Program-made: the position numbers and the translations under genes | Shown: positions 25,001-34,997 of the stretch, piece by piece | Position numbering within the stretch: the first letter of the stretch is position 1 | Layout of the letters: every line of letters begins with the position of its first letter | Source of the DNA: Rhizaria sp. SCN 62-66 | Lineage: Eukaryota | Reading direction: 5' to 3' | NCBI GenBank assembly: GCA_001724265.1 | Contig: MEDY01000002.1 | Span: 186,001-249,647, forward strand | Length of the DNA: 63,647 nucleotides | The notes under the pieces: generated by a model | The model's input: the letters and a program-made list of their open reading frames with translations, nothing else | Database searches by the model: none | What the model was told of the DNA's origin: nothing

Positions 25001-25232
25001 CGGTAGGGGCTGAGTCATGTGAGTAAAAGAGGTAGATTGTGGCGAGCGGGCCGAGGTTGCCGGTCAGCTTCTGCTCCTGTGTGTAAGCGGTTATCTCGAC
25101 ACTCGTTCTCACGTCGAACAGACGGGGTGGCGCGGACAAAACGGCGGCGTGGGCGCAAAACGCCTCGTCCTCGAACTGCGCGCGCACGGTCTGCGCGGTG
25201 GCGCTACTATATAATGGCACACCGGGGTCCAT
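19017..25232 (-). CDS. Uncharacterised 2071-aa Ala-rich protein with an N-terminal EF-hand/p25-alpha-like helical segment and a central ASH/PapD-like Ig fold; possibly cilium-associated
   Basis: Uninterrupted ORF from ATG 25232 to TGA. Globular-looking islands MSFTQWDNFCTDFALSPRYLRRADVITLFF...LTYPAFLALLARAA and FVDLG...ATVTNTG...LRVRYRAVSLPQGVSTVVEITL. The domain names are my inference. Confidence 0.8.
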   Translation of the reverse strand: MDPGVPLYSSATAQTVRAQFEDEAFCAHAAVLSAPPRLFDVRTSVEITAYTQEQKLTGNLGPLATIYLFYSHDSAPTADQSAALSLRTQSTPAVATSSASVHSAPNANSETESVGMSFTQWDNFCTDFALSPRYLRRADVITLFFQSRNDVAITTTSSTSFAAVAGATNDSFIGPRPLATTPDPNMRLTYPAFLALLARAATTAFPLHNNSHSHNATATATVTLTGDASISSGAGPARAVDSVRRLLPLLLTDDPAALRARLTALLPRVAARAARRAHAHAARAVAPALAAAVAVRATQAPLLTVTNASSTGASGAGAAMTMTATGAGWGANGTATASLKSTTGFLTADGGSSGVTVPLMRPVTAKALMATVDRTAGAVANVEEQLSRQGGGGKLGRPSTATLATGFSLSKSQLQHHQQQQHPPLVNTSATTSRFNSTHRGAGSLDSTALALGLSQPQLAQAQQQSPQKTVNTAANPSNSAEIDDDDDSWEYSVANPHHPSLFTLATSSKRTNAASAGSNAATAPGNGLKVTVGGGGHSDRARRRSAAARALAALALAPAARPVSASAAGGTAASHGAISASVDSEAMRVLEGYTHERLPPTLAPFAGPFVDLGLCELRVTLPPHAPAVALTAELRGRTARGPPFAPSSAAGKKAQRGLINPYPAKYQRNHTHVDSQDNTIAAAIATAADTPGSAAAPALWSDAEHRSQHVLCAGESRRHRAVATVTNTGAALLGLTVSAHALPPLRVRYRAVSLPQGVSTVVEITLATDAGLPAPGAYLGHLTLTLSTPLHGVAPHVAGALAHPANPLLCDSGSSTFGIDLGATANVHNTATTGGRAFAAGARPLSAAHALSPLFAPSTPSGSALHTPSCNGGGGSGGSHGASRPGSAVTRPGTRGSSARARPLSAVSNASTTASAAAENVGMATATTTAPARSAAAAAAAAVAGTGPSVARALFVPGLAATALRVLPADSVLAPDAAAVAANPSAGVHGDDDEGWSPLIFSDAAAATPLTLLNHGSNRNSAGGNKTASGVTVTARALAVAASSANDVLFESIRIPVFVEIAYLTPREHRAATAPAPLPESAAAAVADWRRSALASSLTAAGGTAAAATAAAAGAGGASLALYGIHPPLLAPSYDYANAEAVLESLVQRQVEAADVIPTPRTKEAALALVCARAHGMPAPPLRSPQPPQRNTPAATAGVMGTSPFASTTGLGNTGTIGGTNGRPNNKGFLPTEPATLGYSAVATVSAAGQSAVAGAGPAESSAAAAAVGSGGVCLPPPSVLAVLQRVLAPAGVDAATAVAHAAAERLLRGASARGVTVSNPASLFPAAATTVVNASFQQMEQHERDNGHDFAGFDHDYQQNGHQREALLLGADADSATLAISGLDALFPAQSHPQSRSSSAVASSGSSPQFAPTAYGPTLNTKSPRSLTSLVSPSGFNSSVISTNVNNQSDDPIADAEVAYELKLSRAPSSRSHSPMPLPSSDLSTAPASASGSQSLIVVNNNSSRLLTASSPSVGARSGGSAVRVLTVGANGTLPPRAPEAHFALPNQQPQQGVDSFATDLDSTMLSPNNNGLSSSRCPSRAFGRALPSNSSFAHLSSATGHSNNLSGGTPFSPSRLGFVNVETPSFAPSPAPTGSSASASATASASAVMPASSVAVAAAAAARPLATGLVQGAPCHPASIAGRRGSAAEALSGLFIPAHASFDTYGNGGDGNGDEHGESEQKSAAALGAAAVEADAWSAQGGVRGRRGSLTVADESERDRMDQALALATAAGSAPAAVVRDAGNAGGYSINVGFANDGDRDESDASEPVSPWFDNNGSIVNNNANAYNNGSGNNALSSSSTPRNTRFSAANGGGMTVPRRPWSRSGSNSNLYNSNNSNNNNNNATTAANGAIASGRKWPRPPSIGDRWAHPSSTNTAYSGGNAGIMTVGADDAPVGVPFKWPCVVPAPGAARPLSAAPSGPTVISHNSGTVVAHVCGGAVSPFRRPATAVPRSRASAAATSTVTAMGSAAGVQSAAAATGPVSALAPVSSVDFIGPGVELPPEHTLIVPKRMPPPRPNFGKPTWNGVW

Positions 25233-25920
25233 CGCGGACAAAATAGAGCAGCGCGCGTGGGCGCGGCAAAGGCGGGAGGCAGAGGCAAGCGTGCTTCTGT
25301 GTCACTAGAACGAAACGAGCAAGCGCAGCTTGAGGGATATATAACTCCTGTATGTATACAATCAAAGGGAAAGGTATTTAGATGTGAGTTGTTTCTGGAA
25401 TTCAAATTTAATTTCCATTGACGGATATTTCACGCTGATGCACGCCCGAAACAGGAGACCCACTCAAGTCGAGCTGACCGTTACGGGCTCGGTCCACAGT
25501 CGACCAAGGGCCGTCTGCTCACGGTCACCCATGCCTACACTCACGGTCGCACACCGAAGCCGTCATTAAACGGGTCTTAAGGTAGATCAAGACATCTGCC
25601 AAATCGTTTTGTATAAACTTATGCTATATTTCGCTTCTTAATAGCTTGCTACATTTACTCAACCAGTTCTGCAATGACTCTTACACTGCCAAGGCCGTCT
25701 CACAAACTGTTGTAGAGTTAGAGTGCGCTTCTGACTTCCTACACCTTCCACCGTTCTGCAAGATCACCACAAATAAGTCAATGCTTCGCAGCTAGCACTG
25801 CAGACCTGTCATTGCCACCATCTGCACTTATATCATATTTACAACTCACACGACGTCATCGCCACCTCTCTATGCCTTCCTTTTCACTCGCGCCTTAGGT
25901 ACCCTTCTCCCCCCAGACCG

Positions 25921-26769
25921 ATGCTCCGCACCACGTCTACCCTCGGCCGCGCCTTCATCCCCAAGTCGGGTCACGCGCGTCTTGCGGGCGTGCGCAACGC
26001 TTTCTCCGTGCCCCTGGTCATTTCCGTTATGGGCGGCCCCGGCTCCGGCAAGGGCACCCAGTGCACGCGTCTCCAGACGTTCCTGGCCGATGACACCCGT
26101 CTCCACCCCTGCAAGGCGCGCCTCCCGCGCCGCATCTACCACATCAACGTCGGCATGCTGCTCCGCGACGAAGCGCTCAGCAACCCGGACCTGCGTCTCG
26201 ATGACGGCAAGTCGCTCTCGTCCTGGCTCGCGGACGGCCGCATCGTGCCGTCCTCCGTCTCCGTCGGCATCATCCAGAAGGAGATCAAGCGCATCACCGC
26301 TGAGATCGCCGCCGCCGCCGCCGCCAACGCCGCCGCTCCGCGCTCCCCCATTACGCCGCCCTACCCGCCCGCAATTCTCCTCGACGGCTTCCCGCGCTCT
26401 CTGGAGAACCTCAAGGCGTACGAGGCCGCGATCGGTCCCCTCAACGCCATGGTGCTCGTCGACGTCGACCCCGCGGTGATGATGGAGCGTGTTGCGCGCC
26501 GCTCGCAGTCGGGCCACAAGCGCTCCGACGACGCCATGGCCGCCCAGCGCACCCGCGTGTTTGAGGCGAACATGGGCAAGATTGAGGCCCGTTTCACCGC
26601 GGTTGCCGTGGATAAGATCGTTGAGAATGGTGGCGCCGAGAACATGTACGATGCGCGTGCGCTGCGGATGCACCCGATCTGTGTGCATATCGATGGCAAT
26701 GGCGATGTTGAGGGCGTCCAAGCACAGATGCGCGCCGCTGTCACCAGCCTCGTTAACGCTGCCTACTAA
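25921..26769 (+). CDS. Adenylate kinase family protein (UMP-CMP kinase-like, short LID)
   Basis: P-loop GGPGSGKGTQC, HINVGMLLR, GRIVP, LLDGFPR and short LID RVARRSQSGHKRSDD. Ends in TAA, followed by a sharp drop in GC content. Confidence 0.93.
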   Translation: MLRTTSTLGRAFIPKSGHARLAGVRNAFSVPLVISVMGGPGSGKGTQCTRLQTFLADDTRLHPCKARLPRRIYHINVGMLLRDEALSNPDLRLDDGKSLSSWLADGRIVPSSVSVGIIQKEIKRITAEIAAAAAANAAAPRSPITPPYPPAILLDGFPRSLENLKAYEAAIGPLNAMVLVDVDPAVMMERVARRSQSGHKRSDDAMAAQRTRVFEANMGKIEARFTAVAVDKIVENGGAENMYDARALRMHPICVHIDGNGDVEGVQAQMRAAVTSLVNAAY

Positions 26770-26817
26770 AATCAAAATACTGCAACGCAAAGCCAAGTCC
26801 GACAAGATCTTAGGCTA

Positions 26818-26853
26818 TGCGAGGTCAGCCAAAATTGCGAGGTCAGCGAAAAT
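26818..26853 (+). repeat. 18-bp tandem duplication in the 3' UTR (TGCGAGGTCAGCSAAAAT x2)
   Basis: Directly visible, one mismatch between copies. Confidence 0.8.
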
Positions 26854-27334
26854 TCAGATGGTGGTTTATATTTAAAGGGTCAACAGTTATTAAAACGACA
26901 AAAACAATCAGAAACACACACAACACGGTTATATAATAATCTTACTACATAATACTCATGATATTATATGCTAATCACATACAAAAGAAACATTACTTTC
27001 TGTTTGCTTAATTCCACAGGGCATCACGAAAGAACAGTAGATGAATGTATTTGTGGCTACATTAAAAGTTCGCGCCGAATGGCCAGAAAAAGGCACTCAG
27101 GCACAGCGATGCTGACAACATGCGTTTGAACAGCGGTTGAGGAAGCGTCACACGTATCAGCAATGGCACTTAAGCAACATGAAGTGACCGAGGCCACTCG
27201 AACGACGATATCTCGTTGTGTCACAACAACGAGACAACCAACTTTCATAACAACCACCCAAAACTAAACTGTACACATATCATTGAATTGCGTGATAGAG
27301 TCGAAAGTGAGCTTGTGAGAAGTGTCGTTCAAGG

Positions 27335-28213
27335 TCAAGGTAGCTCGTCATCAGAGCTGTCTCCCTTATCATTCTCCAGCCCCTTTCCAGTGGCAGCAGC
27401 ATCAGTGCCTTTGTCACCAGCAGACTCAGCGTCGCCATCTGCATGCTTGCTGACGTCAGCGTAAAACGCGTCAAGACCCTCCTTCGTCGCCTTCACACTA
27501 GCCGTCTTATTAGTGTTACCGCTGCTGTGACTAACAGCAGAGACGCTTGCACTGGAACTGGAGCTGGCGTTGCTCTCCGCAGCAGAGGCGATGCTCTAGC
27601 GCAGAATCCCCGGCACCGCGACCGCGGCCGAGCTGGCGGTAATGCTCCCTGTCGTCGCCGTCTCCTCCGCCGCGGCCGCCGTCGCCCGGAGCGCGTACTG
27701 CGCCATCGCATTCTCCACCTGCGCCTGCACTTGCGCCTTGTGCGCGCGTAACGCGGCATCAACACGGCGCTGGCGGGCAACGGTCACTTCGCGGCGCGTC
27801 TCGACGAACTCGGTGTGCAAGCGGCCGCGCTCTTGCAGCAGCGCGTCGTCGGCGTTGATACGAGCAGCGTGGATGATCGACTCATTGTGCTGCTTGATGG
27901 CTAAGTCAAGCGCAATCTCCAGACGAGTGACTTTGTCAATCACACCCGCGACGGAGGAGGAAATGCGGGAAATCTGCTCCGTCAGCGCGGGTACGCCGTC
28001 GAGCTCGCGCTGCAGCGCGGCGTACGAGTCATGAGCGGTTTGAAAGGGCTCGACCACGTCGCATACGGCGTTCTCAGCAACTTCAGCGCGGCGGGCCAGG
28101 ACGATCGAGTTTTGGCGGATACCGCGCCAGTTCTCAACCAAGGCGGAGATCAAAGGCTGGCCAGTTGGTTCCAGGGGAGCGGTGTCTCCAGGGGACGGGG
28201 TAGGCGGTGGCAT
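27335..28213 (-). CDS. Dysbindin-like coiled-coil protein (BLOC-1 subunit), 292 aa, with one in-frame TAG
   Basis: GQPLISALVENWRGIRQNS...LQRELDGVPALTEQI...QVENAMAQY parallels the dysbindin coiled coil as I recall it. The frame stays open past TAG 27596-27598 for 86 more codons (KEGLDAFYADV...DSSDDELP) to TGA 27335-27337. Confidence 0.72.
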
Positions 28214-28690
28214 GAGGAAGAAAGCCGGGTTAATCTGGGAGGGCAAGACGCGAGCACAAGCAGGTTTGATGAGATTAGTCGAGGCAGAGATCGTCGTAGC
28301 GAATACAGTGAAATGCCTATATGAGACCATCTAAAAGATATATATTCATCAAATATCATGTCATTCGGACAATGTTAAGGGCGTCGTTGGGCATGGATGT
28401 GAGTCTTAACACCAGTCTGTTGAGCCCAGAGAGTAATCCTTTTAGTCGTTGGCCAGCGCGAGTAAGTGAGAGATGAAGGAGAGTGCTGGTGAGACGAAAC
28501 AAGCAAATACTCACTCTAATCTCGCAAGATACAAATGCCAAGCTACCATTGCAACTTCTCATTACTATTATATATTGCTTTAAATTCCTATTTTTCTCTG
28601 CATTATTTCAGGACGGAAACTCGCAAACAAGAGACAATTCCCCGGCCGGTCAAAAGAGAGCGTTTGAACACCCGCCTTCACGCCACTCCC

Positions 28691-31600
28691 ATGGGGTTCC
28701 GGGCCTTCTATTTGGCCCTCTGCTGTGTATTCCTATACGCAGCAAGCACAGTGGTACGTATTCTATTCTCAACACCTCTTATGTTTTTCTGCCTGCTTAT
28801 AAAACGTCTCATTATTGCTATTTTCCACAACCTGCCTGAGTCTCATCACCTCCTCCCATCTTCCCTTCTTTTCGACGTGTTGCTCTCGTCTCTTTGCGTG
28901 TATTGTGTAGCTCGCGGATGACAATATCCCCGGTCTTATATTCAGTACTTCTTCAGTGGTGGCGTGGACATCTGGTGTAACGATCAACGCGACTTGGGCC
29001 TGCGGTGGATACTTCTCCAGCTCCGCTGGCGACCGTGTCGTTCTCACCATGCCAACAGGCTTCCTTAAGTCCGCTGCTACCACCTCAGGTGATGCTGATG
29101 CGATGAACTGCACGGTTACGCGCTTTGGCACCTCGGTTGTGATTCCTTCGACCATGTACACAACAGGTCTTACTGTCGACGACGGCAAGTTCGCTGTTAC
29201 TTTGACAACTGCCGAGACTCTCCCCAGTCAATGCTCGCTCGTCTGTCAGCACGTCACAAACGCTCCGCGTCAGCTTGCGTCCGATTGGGTAGCTCAGCTT
29301 ACCCACATTATGCCTTCCGAGACTGGAGATATCCTGATCTTTAGCGAGACCACACCGCTGCCCACTTTCACAACACCGCGCTTTGCCCCCACGATGACCA
29401 CTGCTGTCAACATCAGTACCGAAGGGCTCCCAGTCACAGCGCGCTCCTCTGCTCTGCTTTCGCTTCAGATCCCGGAACGTGGCCCGCAGTTGCAGACTGG
29501 CCAGTACTTTTCAGTCGAGTTTCCTTCGCTGTGGCCGCAGACCAACTCGCTCTACACTGACGTGAAGATGACACTCACGATCAACACATTCTCCGTTGTG
29601 CTTCCTTCCACGGGCCGCACGAATAACGTCTATATGTTCCTCGTTCCGAGCTCTGTCGTGACGAACGCAAGTACGAATGTTGCGTTTTTAAACAATAATG
29701 GCGCCAGGCTACCAATGCGCATTGACATTGTCGGTTACGCCCGTGCGCGTACAGTGAGTGAGAAATTGTATCTCTCTGTATCGCGTTATTTCTCTGATGA
29801 TACTCCCCTGGCGACTGTAAACAGTCTGTTCTGGCTGCCTACGGTGGTGTACGGCTCGATCTCTACTTTCATGCTGGCCCCTAAGGTTCCTCTCACGGGT
29901 TCACACGGCGATCTTACGATCACCATTGTCTACCCGTCAATCGACATCAACCAAGGTGAAATCTTTAACCTCATGCTCCCCACAGCGAGCGGTTCACACT
30001 GGGAGTTCGTGTCGACACGCACGTGTAGTCTTAACGGTACGGACTCGCGTACCGCATCGATCACAGCCTCCACGAACGTCATCTCTCTGCTGTCCATCTC
30101 CGCCGCTGCCCGCATTGCTAACCTTGCGATTGACGAGTCCGCCACCAACACACTCATCATTGTGTGTAAGGACGTCATGTCCCCGCGTGTTCCTGTCGAT
30201 TCGGCCACAACCGCTACAGCGCGTATCGTCACTGGCTCCGTCACACTCGCTCTTTCCCCGAGTAACACGATCAGTTTCCCTGCGATCTACAGTGCGACGG
30301 TGCTCGGTGGCGATCTCCCCGTTCGCTTTGCGTTTGGGTCCCCGTCCTCTGCCACACAGTCCTCGCTCACGGTCACCATCACCACGCTTGCGTTCCCGCT
30401 TATCGCAGCCGGATCTGCCGTGGAGATCGTGCTTCCCGACCGCTTCAGCTACGGCAATGACGCTAGCTGCGGACTTAAGGTCAACGGTTCCGACGCCTCT
30501 GGCACTCTGCTAACGACGACTACGTCCGCTTTTACCCCGTTTGGTCGCACGCTGCGTCTCCGCATTCCGAACGCGTGGCCTGACACGCTCGAAGTCCCCA
30601 TTGTTGTCAGTTGTGCCAAGATCCTGATCGCCACCTATGGCCGCGACGCCGCAGATGACGGCACGGTGAGACTGATCTTTTTCGGCAATTCTGTCGCCAG
30701 CTCGAGCCCGGTGCAGTACACCGAGTTCCTAGCGTCCGTGCGCACGACGGCCTCCGTGCCCGCATTCTCCCCGTCGATTACTATGGGTGACGTCATGCGT
30801 GGGATCACGTACCTGCCCGAGACTCCCGCGGCGAGCGCTGTTGTGACCATCACAGCTGTCATCTGGCCGCTCATCGACGACAACCCCGGCGTGGAATTTA
30901 CCGTCGAGTCCAACGCGGCCGTGGAGATCCTCGTCCCTGCCGCGGCCATCAATGCCGGCTCCACCACGGGCGGCGCCTCGGCTGCCACGGTCTGCAATAT
31001 GACTTTGAACATCGTCGACGCTGAGACGTCTTTCTCCAACACCATCGCCGTCACCACCGAGGCTGAGATTCTATCTAACGTCATTGCACGTTCCCCCACG
31101 AAGCAGTTCGCGCGACTCCGCGTGCGCACTGCACGTGAGATGGTGCTGCCCGCGGACGTCACGCGCCGTGTCGCCACGGTCATCTGCACCAACATCAAGC
31201 TCCCCACGCACGGACTCCGCGCCTCGCGTGTCGGTCAGGTGCGGATCGTGAACACGGCGAATCTTCCCATGACTCAAGCGCTTGACCTGGGTATCCCAAC
31301 GGTCACTCCGCGCGCTTTATCAGTCGCGCAGATGTTCGCCACCGAGTCGATGATCACCGGTGCGCTCGGCGCCATGGATATCTCGTTCACGTCCTCCCTC
31401 GCTATCTCGGCCACGGACATTGAGGCGCAAGTGATCGACTACTTCAACATCGAGATCGAGATGCCCACGGGATTCACCACCGCGACTACCCGCAACATCA
31501 CCTGCCGCGGCACGTCCTCAGACGCTGTGTGGTACCCGGTCACGCCGGTCGTTTCCCACCGTGGCGTGCCCATCTTCCGCTACCCCGTTAAGGCCGCGTT

Positions 31601-34600
31601 CGCCGCCATCAACGTCAACCAGCGCGTGTCGCTTCAGTGCCGTTGGTTTGCGCTGCCCCTCACAGCGCAAACGTCGTCGTCATGGCGCCTCTCGCTGCTC
31701 GCGTCGCCGGAGAACGACGTCGTCGGCACTCTCCAGGGCACGCTGGGCGCGATCACCACGCCCGCGACGTCGACCAACTTCGGTGGTGTGAAGCGCGAGC
31801 TCGTGTACGCTAAGACTTCCGCCGGCTCTGCACGCCTCACCGTGACGATCGACCCCGCGCTGAACCTGGACCGCGAGAAGAACCACGCTGTGCGCGTTTT
31901 TCTGCCTAGTACGGCGGGCCTCACCGCGGGCTCTATCATCACGGTCGACGGGTCGACGAACCGTACCATCACGTGCACTGTGGCCGACGAGCTCACTCCG
32001 ACGCAGGCCCCGATCGCCACCACGGTCTCCGTGTCGTACATCACGTCCGGTGACAACGACGAGATGCTGCTGTTCCCGGAGTCCCGCGTCGCAGTGCTCA
32101 CGGCCACTCCGCTGGCGTCGCTGACCAGCTCCGCCACGAACCCCCGGCTCGTACTCGAGTGCCTCGCCATGCCGCTGCCGCCGGTTGACTACGCGCAGAC
32201 CCGCGACGTGTACGTGGGCGTGCTCAACGCCGAGCAGGCTGTGTCGCAGATCTCCACCGAGACCGCTGTACTCTCGGCGTTTATCCGCGCCCCAATCGCG
32301 ACCGATGGCGGCACGTCCTCGTTCCTGCCCGACTCGATCGGCGCCGTCGGTGCGTACCGTCTCGTGCTTTCTCCGGTCAACACGTTCGCTGGCACATCTG
32401 TGCGTGTGCCCGTGCCGCCGGGCACGACGCGCGCGTCCGAGTCAACTGCGATCACGTGCAAGCTCTTTTCGCGCCTTGCTGGTGCCTCGACGGAGACTCT
32501 GGTATCCACCATGACGTGGGCCACGTTTGCGTACCCGTTCGACTACATTGCGACGGGCCCGCTCATCCACAATATGTCCGCCGACACCACCGGCATCATC
32601 CAGTGCTCAAACCTGCGTGCGCCGACCACTCCCGCCGGCGTGTCCGCGCTCATGGTCACCACGCACGACGCCACGGGCGCGGTGCTGAACCGCAACTTCA
32701 ATGTCGTGTTCGCTGGTGTCGGTGCTCGTGACTTGGAGGGCTCACGTGTTCTGCGCATGAGTCCGTCCTACGTCTCTGTAGCTTCCACGCTACTGTTCAC
32801 GTTCGAGGCACTTCCTTTCGCGCTCAACATCGACGACTACTTCGTCGTCGATCTCCCCGATGGCGTGCTTACTACGCGCGCCACGCGCTGCCTCGTCGCC
32901 AACGTGCAGGCCAAGAGCTTCGCGATTCTCGACCCTCTGACTGACGGCGGACTGCGCCGGATCCAGGTTAACGTCGCGTCCACGGTTCAGGTGCTTGCGT
33001 CGCGCAAGGAGCTGACTGTAAGCTGCGTGTTCATGACCAACCCATCGGTTGCGATGTCGTCTGTGTCGACGTACAACATGCAGCTCTACTCGAGCGCCAG
33101 TGTGCTCCGTGCAGTGTCCCAGTCCATCACGTTCCAGGGCGTTCTCTCCCCTCGTCTCGGTGCTGGTTCGATCACGGCCAAGTACTCGATGCCCTACTCG
33201 TACCAGTCGACCACGATCTCCGTCGGTATGTCCCCTCTGCCCGTCGACCTTACCACCTCTGACAAGCTTGTACTTTCGTTCCCCTCGGAGTACGAGACGG
33301 CCTCGCTGTTTAATGCCGCATGCTTTCTCAACCGCACGCTGACGTCCGGTACGTACACGCTCACTTCAACGTCGTTTACGCTCTCGTCGGTCATCACAAG
33401 CGGTGTGATGACCTACGACCTCACAGTGAAGCCTGCCAACACTGTGGCTGCGATCGACGCCTCCGCCGGCACGGTCACGCTTGTGTGCAATGAGATGCGC
33501 ACCCCGAGGACCGCCATCGCGAGTACCGCGGCCACACTCTCGCTCTACAAGGGCACCAACACCGTTGCGACGTACATGAACAACGAAGTCGTGCTGCCCG
33601 CGATCGGCTACACCGAACTTGCCACAGACTACGGACTGTTTGTGCCCAGCAACGGCCGCGTCGCTGGCACGAGCACGCGCGAGCTTGTGCTGACGATCAA
33701 GCCGCTGCCACTGATGCTGCAAAGGTACTACGGTCTCGAGCTCGTCATCCCCGTCGGCGGCTGGGTGTTTGACTCTGACACCAGCGGCAACCGTGTCGAA
33801 CCGTCCTGCTCGTATCAGGTCCAGACCGGTGTTAACGGCACGCTTATCAGCATGGCTGCACACACTGAGGTCGTTGCGACGTCGTCTTCGCTCACGATTC
33901 GCGCCGTGCTTACGCTGCAGGACATTGCGAACAAAAACAACACTCTTGTTAAGCTTGCTTGCTCTCCCATCGACGTGCCCGCGACCCCGATCGCGGCTAT
34001 CAACAACATCGTTGCCATCGGTCTTGCGCCGCGCAACGAGGCCGCCAACTCGCTGAGCGACGACTTCATCTACTTCATGCGTCAGTCTTCGATCGGCATG
34101 CCTGCGATTCTCTCCGCCACCCAGGCGACGCAGATCAAGACCTACGTGCGCCACAGTATCACCATCGCCGGACTCGCCGCGCCACTAACCGCCGACAAAC
34201 TTAAGTCAGCTGCCAGCGCCTTCTCGTCACAGGTTGTCGCGTCCGGTTCGCTCGCCGACGTCGGCGTTGTAGTCACGCATCAGTACGCTGTGGAGACTTC
34301 CGCCAGCACGCTCTCGGTCGCCACGGGTCAGCCGCTGCCGACCCTCCGCGGCGCTGCGGCTATCGGCGCCGCTGTCGCCAGCACCAAGAGCAAGTGGGGC
34401 GTTATGGCTGATCCTGATGAGCAGACCGCTTTGGCTGCGCTTGTCAACGCCGACGCCACCGCCACTGCCTACGGCGCGCGCGCGAGCAATGGTGATTTCG
34501 CGACGACTGCTCTGCCGTTGCCAGGCCCGGGTGGTGTCGCTCGGACGGGCCCCGGCCTGCGTGCGACCACGAGGACCTATGCCAGCACACTGTACTTCCA

Positions 34601-34997
34601 GGTTAGCATGCCGGCGACCTTCACGGACGGCATCACCTCGTTCATCGACCGTCTCGTGCTCATTCGCAGCTCGATTGACCAGGCCGTGCGCGAGGAGACC
34701 CGCGGCACTGCGGTCACCGCGGGCGCGCTGTCCATCACGGACACGTCCAATTCGTGCTCCAACGGCGTCAAGGATGGCACCGAGACCGGGCTCGACTGTG
34801 GCGGCTCGTCGTGCAGTCAGTGCGCGATTGGTCTCGCGTGCTCCGCCAGCAGTGACTGTCTGTCCTCTGCGTGTGACTCCACAGCCGGCGTGTGCGTGCT
34901 GCATTCGAGCCAGACCAGCGCGGCTGTGAACGCGGCCTCTGCCGGGTTTGCGGCTCTGATTACGCTGGTGGCCGCTGTTGCAATGCTTGCGTTCTGA
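28691..34997 (+). CDS. Secreted, probably GPI-anchored 2049-aa Thr/Ser/Val-rich surface protein with repeated beta-sandwich modules and a C-terminal Cys-rich module; exons 28691-28753, 28911-34997
   Basis: Splicing yields the signal peptide MGFRAFYLALCCVFLYAASTVLA-DDN. Recurring modules of roughly 140-180 aa carry Cys pairs. The C-terminus has CSNGVKDGTETGLDCGGSSCSQC...C and a hydrophobic tail ending at TGA. Confidence 0.88.
28754..28910 (+). other. Spliceosomal intron (157 nt, phase 0)
   Basis: GTG|GTACGT...pyrimidine-rich...TGTGTAG|CTC completes the signal peptide in frame. Confidence 0.88.

Noticed and set aside
25899-25916. Possible 18-nt micro-intron GTACCCTTCTCCCCCCAG just before the kinase ATG
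   Set aside because: It is in the UTR, so there is no reading-frame test, and it is far shorter than the other introns. It may simply be a pyrimidine tract or acceptor.
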